This document shows, one piece after another, positions 25,942 through 32,000 of a DNA stretch of 32,000 bases. Where the stretch lies: assembly GCF_001457595.1 (NCBI RefSeq), contig NZ_LN831039.1:390001-422000 (forward strand), given 5' to 3'. The position numbers and the translations under genes were made by a program. Under the pieces are notes generated by a model. The model was not told the DNA's origin. It saw only the letters and a list, made by a program, of their open reading frames with translations, and made no database searches. This stretch comes from Mycolicibacterium smegmatis. GTDB taxonomy: Bacteria; Actinomycetota; Actinomycetes; Mycobacteriales; Mycobacteriaceae. The first letter of the stretch is position 1; each line of letters opens with the position of its first letter.

Positions 25942-26943
25942 ATGTCCGAAATCAGCAAAGAATGCCGGATGTGTGGGTCCGCGGGACCACATCGGACGGT
26001 CACCGTCCGCGAGATGTATTACGGCACCCGCGAACTGTTCGAGTACTATGTCTGCGCCGACTGCGAGACGCTGCAGATCGTGGATGTGCTCGAAGGTGAG
26101 GAACTCGCTCGCCACTACCCGCGGAAGTACTACTCGTACAACGCTTCCCAGGGGGCCGGTGTGCTCCAGTGGTTGACCAGACAACGAGATCGTCATGACC
26201 TGGGCGAGGGCACACAGCCAGTCGGTGCCCTCATCGCCGCTCTGCCGCCTGGCATTCGCTCGCTCATCGGCACAAACGACGCGAGCGGTGATGTTGTCGG
26301 GATGCTCGGTCAGTTGGGTGTGGGGCGTGAGGCGCGGATCCTCGATGTCGGATGTGGCGGCGGTGCCCTACTCGACCGGTTGGCGAGAGCGGGCTTCCGT
26401 AACCTGTTCGGGGCCGATCCCTTCGTCGATGCGGACACCACCACATCAATGGGTGTGCCGATCGCCAAACAGTTCATGGAGGACGTGGCCGGCGAGTTCG
26501 ATGTGATCATGTTCAACCATTCGCTCGAACACGTACCGGACCCGGTTTCGACTTTGAAAGCCGCGCGCGCCCGGCTCGCGTCCGGTGGTATCTGTGTGGC
26601 ACGGGTGCCCACGACGTCTTCGGAAGCGTGGGATGTCTACGGGAAGAACTGGTGTCTGATCGATGCGCCCAGGCACACGGTGGTGCCGTCACGGCGTGGA
26701 ATGGCGCGGGCCGCCGAAGCGGTCGGTATGCAATTGGAGCGGACGATCGACGATTCGAATGCGTCCCAGTTCTTCGGCAGCGAGATGTACCGCACCGACA
26801 CCGCACTGACCGAGGCCGGCGGCTTCGGCTATCTCTTCAAGACTTTCGGCGTGAAGCGCGTCTGGGACTGGGAGCGACGTTCGATCGCGCTCAACCGGCA
26901 AGGACGCGGCGATCAGACAGGGTTCATCCTGCGCGCGAGATGA
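25942..26943 (+). CDS. Class I SAM-dependent methyltransferase with N-terminal Cys4 zinc ribbon
   Basis: CRMCGS..x..CADCETLQ zinc ribbon, SAM motif I ILDVGCGGGALLDRLARAGF and motif VIMFNHSLEHVPDP. SD GGAAAAGG lies upstream of the ATG. Confidence 0.75.
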   Translation: MSEISKECRMCGSAGPHRTVTVREMYYGTRELFEYYVCADCETLQIVDVLEGEELARHYPRKYYSYNASQGAGVLQWLTRQRDRHDLGEGTQPVGALIAALPPGIRSLIGTNDASGDVVGMLGQLGVGREARILDVGCGGGALLDRLARAGFRNLFGADPFVDADTTTSMGVPIAKQFMEDVAGEFDVIMFNHSLEHVPDPVSTLKAARARLASGGICVARVPTTSSEAWDVYGKNWCLIDAPRHTVVPSRRGMARAAEAVGMQLERTIDDSNASQFFGSEMYRTDTALTEAGGFGYLFKTFGVKRVWDWERRSIALNRQGRGDQTGFILRAR

Positions 26944-27040
26944 ATTCGGGGTAGGCCCGGATAGGATCCCCCCGGCCGCACGCCCTGTGGCGGGCACGTA
27001 TGTGCACAAACTGGAGAACATCGAAGGAAAGGCCTCGACC

Positions 27041-28123
27041 GTGGCAAAGTCCGTGCTCATCACTGGTGGAGCGGGGTTCATCGGCTCGTTGCTTTCACGT
27101 CGGCTCGTTGAAGCAGGTTACGAAGTCGCGGTGACCGATGTCTTCCTTCCCCAGGTGCACGGGGAGCGACGGAAGGCCGACCTGCCGTCGTCGGTCCGAC
27201 TGTTCACCAGCGACGTCACACATGCTCCTGACTGGGACGCCGTACTGCGGCTGTTCCGCCCGGATCAGGTGGTCCACCTGGCCGCAGAAACGGGTACCGC
27301 ACAGTCCCTTTCGCAAGCGACACGACACGGCTCGGTGAACGTCGTCGGCACCACCCAGCTCCTCGACGCGTTGAGCCGTGCCGACCTGGTGCCGGAGCAG
27401 ATCGTCGTCGCGTCGTCGCGGGCTGTCTACGGTGAAGGCGCATGGCGAAGCGGCACCGAGGTCTTCTACCCGAAACCACGAAGCCATGCCCAGCTGGCAG
27501 CAGGCATCTGGGACCCCGTGGGGCCCACTGATACCCCTGCGGTGCATCTGCCCAGCCGTGCGGGCGTGACCCAGCCTAGGCCGACGAACATCTACGGGGC
27601 CACCAAACTCGCCCAGGAGCACCTCCTGGCGGCTTGGACATCCGCGCATGACAGCGCGCTCAGTGTGTTGAGGCTGCAGAATGCATACGGCCCCGGCCAG
27701 TCCCTCACCAATCCCTACACCGGTGTTGTTCCGTTCTTCGCGCGGGTCTCACGTGAGGGGCGCGCATCGGAGGTGTACGAAGACGGCCTCATCATCCGGG
27801 ACCTCGTCTACATCGACGATGTCATCGACGCGCTCTTCGCCGCGGTGGACAGGCCTGCGGCAGAGTCGCGACACGTGGACATCGGCTCCGGTATCGGCGT
27901 CACGATCCATGATCTGGCGCGCAAGATCGCGGCGGCGTTCGACGCACCTGAGCCTGTGGTGGTCGGCAAGTTCCGCGACGGCGACATCCGGGCCGCGAGT
28001 GCCGACATCGAACCGGCGCAGCGGGAACTGGACTGGGCACCCAAGTGGGGACTAGACGACGGTCTCCGGTCCCTGCTGGACTGGATCAACGAACAACACG
28101 AGCTGTCCGCCCGCAACAACTGA
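27041..28123 (+). CDS. NAD(P)-dependent extended-SDR sugar-nucleotide epimerase/reductase
   Basis: VLITGGAGFIGS Rossmann motif and catalytic YGATK (Y-x3-K). The GTG at 27041 (VAKSVLITGG) with GGAAAGG upstream is preferred over the 26987 start in the ORF track. Confidence 0.8.
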   Translation: MAKSVLITGGAGFIGSLLSRRLVEAGYEVAVTDVFLPQVHGERRKADLPSSVRLFTSDVTHAPDWDAVLRLFRPDQVVHLAAETGTAQSLSQATRHGSVNVVGTTQLLDALSRADLVPEQIVVASSRAVYGEGAWRSGTEVFYPKPRSHAQLAAGIWDPVGPTDTPAVHLPSRAGVTQPRPTNIYGATKLAQEHLLAAWTSAHDSALSVLRLQNAYGPGQSLTNPYTGVVPFFARVSREGRASEVYEDGLIIRDLVYIDDVIDALFAAVDRPAAESRHVDIGSGIGVTIHDLARKIAAAFDAPEPVVVGKFRDGDIRAASADIEPAQRELDWAPKWGLDDGLRSLLDWINEQHELSARNN

Positions 28124-28376
28124 ATGTTCGCGTTGTCGGCCGCTGATGCGCTGACGGCGATCACTCACGGGAAATCGGCTGATCAGTGCCTTGGTTGACA
28201 GGACGAATCAGGTTGCCAGTTTCGACCGCCGCGGGTGGCTTGCCCGGACGATGGCTGTGAGTACGGTTTTTCCTGCGCGAGGCTGGGATTCGCCCTACTA
28301 GGATTCGTCCTGTTTGATATTGAGGATTCGGCAGTGGTAGCTACCGTCGGATTCATCAGGCGGCGCGGGAGGATCC

Positions 28377-29474
28377 GTGCGGATGAAGGCGGGGACGATG
28401 AAGCTGGGGCAGGTTTTCGATCCGCGTAACAACGCGTTGAACGCCTTCCGCCTCGCATTGGCGGCAGAAGTCATTCTCTGGCATTCGTTCCCCATCACGG
28501 GCCGCATGCCCCCCGAACCCGTACTGCAGGTTCTGTTCTCGGTCGGTGTCGACGGATTCTTTGCCATCTCAGGGTTTCTCATCACGCGGAGCTGGTTGAC
28601 CAACCCCCAGATCCGTGACTACCTCCTCGCGCGTGCCCTACGAATCCTCCCCGGCTTCTACGTATGTCTCATCGTGACCGCCTTCGTGTTCGCGCCGCTC
28701 TATCTCGCGACCCACGGCGACTCGGTCGCCAAGGTGTTCGGAACTTCGGCGCCGTTCGAGTTCATTCTCAAGAACAGCGGATTGATCTATATCCAGCGTG
28801 ACATCGCGGGTACGCCCTACGACATCCCCGACCACATGGCCGGCTGGAACGCGTCGCTGTGGTCGTTGATCTGGGAAGTGATGTGCTACATCATCGTTGC
28901 GATCCTGGGGTTGATCGGGCTGGCCAAGCGGCGATGGACATCCGTGGTGATTCTGTGTCTCGCGCTGGTCGGCGCGAACTTGTTCCCGCCGCTCACCTTC
29001 CCCGGCGTGTGGACCATCCCCCAGCTCATGATGCGCTGCGCGATCATGTTCGCGGCCGGCGCGATGATGTATCAGTGGCGTGGCGTCATCCCGGCCCGAT
29101 GGTCCCTGGTTGCGGTGTGTGTGGTGATCGTGTTCGCGGCGGGCCTGATGCCCGACTACCGCATCCTCGGCGGCGTCCCACTGGCCTATGCCGTGATCGT
29201 GGCGGGCTCGCTCATCAAGGCCAAGCGGTTGAACCTCCGCACGGATCTGTCCTACGGCCTCTACATTTACGCCTTCCCGATTCAGCAGTTGCTCGCGGGT
29301 CTGGGGCTGGTGTTCCTCCATCCGGTGGCATTCTTCGCCGTATCCACAGCCGCCACGCTGCCTTTTGCCGCGCTGAGTTGGTTCATCGTCGAGAAGCGCG
29401 CCATGGCCCTCAAACACCGGGCCAGGATGAAGAGGGCGGCGACTTCGCCGCAGGTCGAACCTCAGCCTGGTTGA
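28377..29474 (+). CDS. Acyltransferase-3 family integral membrane O-acyltransferase (GPL Atf-like)
   Basis: N-terminal NALNAFRLALAAEVILWHSFPITG, about 10 TM segments and the overall length fit Acyl_transf_3. The start is ambiguous (GTG 28377, ATG 28383 or ATG 28398; GGGAGGA at 28366-28372). Confidence 0.8.
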   Translation: MRMKAGTMKLGQVFDPRNNALNAFRLALAAEVILWHSFPITGRMPPEPVLQVLFSVGVDGFFAISGFLITRSWLTNPQIRDYLLARALRILPGFYVCLIVTAFVFAPLYLATHGDSVAKVFGTSAPFEFILKNSGLIYIQRDIAGTPYDIPDHMAGWNASLWSLIWEVMCYIIVAILGLIGLAKRRWTSVVILCLALVGANLFPPLTFPGVWTIPQLMMRCAIMFAAGAMMYQWRGVIPARWSLVAVCVVIVFAAGLMPDYRILGGVPLAYAVIVAGSLIKAKRLNLRTDLSYGLYIYAFPIQQLLAGLGLVFLHPVAFFAVSTAATLPFAALSWFIVEKRAMALKHRARMKRAATSPQVEPQPG

Positions 29475-29648
29475 ACCGGACCGCTTCACGTAGGGTTCGC
29501 CGCGCACAGCAATTACCCTGCTCGTCAGAATGCGCTACGAGCGAAAATTTGCGAGCCGGCCATCTCCTCACAGTAGGCTGGCTGTCACCGCGCGGACCGC
29601 TCGTGCACAGCGGCCGGATTCGCTTGAGCAACAGAGGGAATCAATATA

Positions 29649-30461
29649 ATGCCTATGTTCCGGCCGGTTTTCCTGCCGAGGCCGCCGTTCATCTTCCGTC
29701 GGTACCCGTTCAAGGGTCGCAAACAAATGCTGGCCGCACTCGGCTCGGACCTGGCCCGCCCGGTGGTCATGCGACGAGACGATTCTCCTCCCGGGGAAAC
29801 AGCGATCGGGAAGATTTTCGACAAGTCCGAACATATCCACAAGCTGCGTCACTACCTGCCGATCTATGAACGCTTCCTGCCCGGAGCCGAGCGGATGCTT
29901 GAGATCGGCGTCGATCGAGGGGGATCCCTCAAGATGTGGCGAGAATTCCTGCCCGACACCACGATCGTCGGTCTCGACATCAACCAGAACTCCGCGCAGT
30001 TCGACGACCCGGAACGGGATGTCCACGTCCGGATCGGCGATCAGACCGACACGAGCTTCCTCAGCAGCGTCGACGACGAGTTCGGGCCGTTCGACGTGAT
30101 CCTCGACGACGGTGGCCATACGCCCAACCAGATGATCTCTTCGTTCCAGTTCCTGTTCCCGAGACTGAAGCCGGGCGGCGTGTACCTTGTGGAGGACGTG
30201 TGCGCGAACTACTGGATGGGTTATCGCGATCGTCCCGACACGTTCATCGACTTCACGAAAACGCTCATGGATGCCATACACGCGCCATACATGGCGCTGC
30301 GCTCACCATTCGACTTCATGGAGGAGCATCCAGATCGCGTCGACCACGTGCAGGTTCCGTTCGCGGCGACGATTGTCGACAGCATCCAGGTGTTCGACTC
30401 GGTGGTTGTCGTCCATCGGTCGAAGGAGCCGAAGCCGTTGCCGCGGACGGTGTATCGGTAG
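29649..30461 (+). CDS. Class I SAM-dependent sugar O-methyltransferase (TylE/MycE-like)
   Basis: FDKSEHIHKLRHYLPIYERFL..MLEIGVDRGGSLKMWREFLPDTTIVGLDIN..FDVILDDGGHTPNQ..LKPGGVYLVEDV. GAGGGA lies 9 nt upstream of the ATG at 29649. Confidence 0.75.
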   Translation: MPMFRPVFLPRPPFIFRRYPFKGRKQMLAALGSDLARPVVMRRDDSPPGETAIGKIFDKSEHIHKLRHYLPIYERFLPGAERMLEIGVDRGGSLKMWREFLPDTTIVGLDINQNSAQFDDPERDVHVRIGDQTDTSFLSSVDDEFGPFDVILDDGGHTPNQMISSFQFLFPRLKPGGVYLVEDVCANYWMGYRDRPDTFIDFTKTLMDAIHAPYMALRSPFDFMEEHPDRVDHVQVPFAATIVDSIQVFDSVVVVHRSKEPKPLPRTVYR

Positions 30462-30630
30462 ACCCGACAACCTTCGGGTTTGCCGAGCTGGTCCTCGTTG
30501 TCCATTGAGCGTCGTCGGCGGATTCTTTGTCCGATCGCTGCGTTAGCTTGTCGGGTGTGCGTGTGGGAGTGTACTGCCCGAATTGCCGTGGCGGCAAGAG
30601 CAATCGGACTGGGCCAGGGAGTGCCGTGCG

Positions 30631-31488
30631 GTGAAGTTGCTGCAGCATCGGCGTTGTCTCCACGGCGAAGCGATGTGCCGCGGTGTTATGGTTGCCGCCG
30701 TGCCGACTCGATTGTCGTTTCCCGCCCGTCTGAAGATGTTGGCCGTACGTGGCGAATATTGGCTCGCGCGCACCATTTTGCGGGACGTGTATTCGAACGA
30801 TGCGTTGATCACGTTCAATACGCATGCGTTCATGGAAGATCCGGATTTCCAGCGCGCGTACGAGCGCGGTGCGAAGGCACTCGGCGACATGGACTGGTAT
30901 CAGTGGCACTGGCGCGTGCACGTGGGGCTGTGGGCGGCAGCGAGTGCGAGCAAACTCGAGGGTGACTTCGTCGAATGTGGCGTCAGCTATGGCTTTCTGA
31001 GCAGCGCCATCATGGAGTACCTCGACTGGAACAGTCTCGAAAAGACGTTCTATCTTCTCGACACCTTCACCGGGTTGGATCCGCGGTACGTATCAGCGGT
31101 CGAGCGCGAATCGGGTGCCCTTGAGACGAGCGAGGCGCACCTGCGTGACGGTCTATATGTCGATTCCGTCGACAGCGTCCGCGCCAACTTCTCGGAATGG
31201 AAAAACCATCGGATCATCGTCGGTGCTGTCCCCGACACGCTCGATCAGGTCGATGCCGAAAAAGTGGCGTACCTGCACATCGACATGAACTGCGCGCCTC
31301 CTGAGGTCGCCGCGCTGCGCTACTTCTGGCCCCGCCTGACGCCCGGCGCGTTCGTCCTCCTGGACGACTACGCCAACAGGGGCCGTGAGGAGCAGCGCAT
31401 CGCCATGGACGAGGTCGCGAAAGAACTCGGCGTGATGGTCTGCACCCTGCCCACGGGGCAGGGGCTGATCATCAAACCGGCAGCCTGA
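30631..31488 (+). CDS. TylF-like class I SAM-dependent methyltransferase
   Basis: FVECGVSYGFLSSAIMEYL..FYLLDTFTGLDP..LHIDMNCAPPEVAALRYFWPRLTPGAFVLLDDY. The start is uncertain: GTG 30631 has AGGGAG 9 nt upstream, and alternatives are 30583, 30673, 30688 and 30736. Confidence 0.7.
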   Translation: MKLLQHRRCLHGEAMCRGVMVAAVPTRLSFPARLKMLAVRGEYWLARTILRDVYSNDALITFNTHAFMEDPDFQRAYERGAKALGDMDWYQWHWRVHVGLWAAASASKLEGDFVECGVSYGFLSSAIMEYLDWNSLEKTFYLLDTFTGLDPRYVSAVERESGALETSEAHLRDGLYVDSVDSVRANFSEWKNHRIIVGAVPDTLDQVDAEKVAYLHIDMNCAPPEVAALRYFWPRLTPGAFVLLDDYANRGREEQRIAMDEVAKELGVMVCTLPTGQGLIIKPAA

Positions 31489-31507
31489 CCGTCGGCACCG
31501 CGGGCCC

Positions 31508-32000
31508 TCAGACGATGTGAACCTGGGGTACGTAGACGATCCAGCGGCCGCCCTTCTCCTGGAAGAGTCGCTCCTTGCCCATGATCTCCTCTGCGTGATT
31601 CCACGCGAACAGCAACGCGTAGTCCGGGTACGGGTCGGCGAACGCATCGGGCGGGCAGACCGGGATCAGCGACATCGGCGTCACCCGCCCCTGTTTTTCC
31701 GGTGTCGAGTCGCAGACCATCGGCAGTAGGTCGGGGCCGATACCGCAGTAGTTGAGCACGGTGGCGCTCCTCGACGTCGCGCCGTAGCCGACAACGCGTT
31801 TACTGTCGGAGCGGAGTTTCTCCAGTAGGGATACCAGGTCTGTCTTGATGCGGCCGACCTCACCGGCGAACCGTTCGAACGCTTCCTCCCCGGCCAGTCC
31901 TTCGGCTTGTTCCTTCGCGAGAAGTTCTGACACCGCGGCGCTCGGCACCCTCGTCCCTCGCCGTGCCACGGTGTATCGGATCGAACCGCCGTGGAGCGGC
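31508..32000 (-). CDS. Sugar C-methyltransferase, C-terminal part (TylCIII-like, Methyltransf_14 C-domain); N-terminus lies outside the window
   Basis: ..VVGYGATSRSATVLNYCGIGPDLLPMVCDSTPEKQGRVTPMSLIPVCPPDAF..PDYALLFAWNHAEEIMGKERLFQEKGGRWIVYVP is typical of NDP-hexose C-methyltransferase C-terminal domains. The frame stays open to nt 32000. Confidence 0.75.
   Translation of the reverse strand, partial: PLHGGSIRYTVARRGTRVPSAAVSELLAKEQAEGLAGEEAFERFAGEVGRIKTDLVSLLEKLRSDSKRVVGYGATSRSATVLNYCGIGPDLLPMVCDSTPEKQGRVTPMSLIPVCPPDAFADPYPDYALLFAWNHAEEIMGKERLFQEKGGRWIVYVPQVHIV

Noticed and set aside
1-32000. Search for CRISPR arrays, IS elements/transposases, integrases, rRNA and tRNA genes
   Set aside because: No regularly spaced repeat arrays, no DDE/tyrosine-recombinase-like ORFs, no terminal inverted repeats flanking a transposase-sized ORF and no rRNA/tRNA-like sequence were seen.

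Overview
High-GC actinobacterial chromosome, most consistent with a fast-growing Mycobacterium/Mycolicibacterium (M. smegmatis/M. fortuitum-like). All calls rest on reading the ORF translations and the DNA by eye; no searches were run.

Layout, left to right:
1. 1-2206: the 3' two-thirds of an SMC-like JetC/MksB/EptC-type ATPase (Wadjet-type plasmid-restriction condensin), cut by the window edge.
2. 2222-5812: a conserved lipid-metabolism block, htdX-fabG4 divergent from fadA2, syntenic with M. tuberculosis Rv0241c-Rv0243.
3. 5813-6360: a hairpin-rich spacer and a decayed LLM-oxidoreductase remnant.
4. 6336-12770: accessory metabolism. This holds a GlcD-like FAD oxidase with an extra GlcE-like tail, a two-HKD phospholipase-D-family protein, a GlxA/AraC regulator, and a cobalt-type nitrile hydratase operon (beta-alpha-accessory).
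5. 13481-32000: the start of a glycopeptidolipid (GPL) locus. It contains mmpS4-mmpL4a-mmpL4b, a TB8.4/Rv1174c-like hemophore-related gene, rmlA, a sulfotransferase divergent from a GAP/Sap-family addressing protein, and a tailoring block. The tailoring block has two TylF-type O-methyltransferases, a GT1 gtf, a zinc-ribbon methyltransferase, an SDR epimerase/reductase, an acyltransferase-3, a TylE/MycE-like methyltransferase and a convergent sugar C-methyltransferase.

Most notable observations:
- mmpL4b is split by a +1 frameshift in a C7 homopolymer.
- A sulfotransferase/GAP-like pair sits inside the GPL locus, which predicts a sulfated GPL route.
- The JetC-type ATPase gene is not followed by any jetD.
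- Three TTTGCT motifs are phased at exactly 27 bp in the long mmpS4 upstream region.
- A probable rearrangement junction lies at about 6.3 kb.

I saw no rRNA, tRNA, CRISPR array, transposase or integrase. I cannot show that any of this is a truly undescribed system. The GPL-sulfation module and the mmpL4b frameshift are the best candidates for follow-up.
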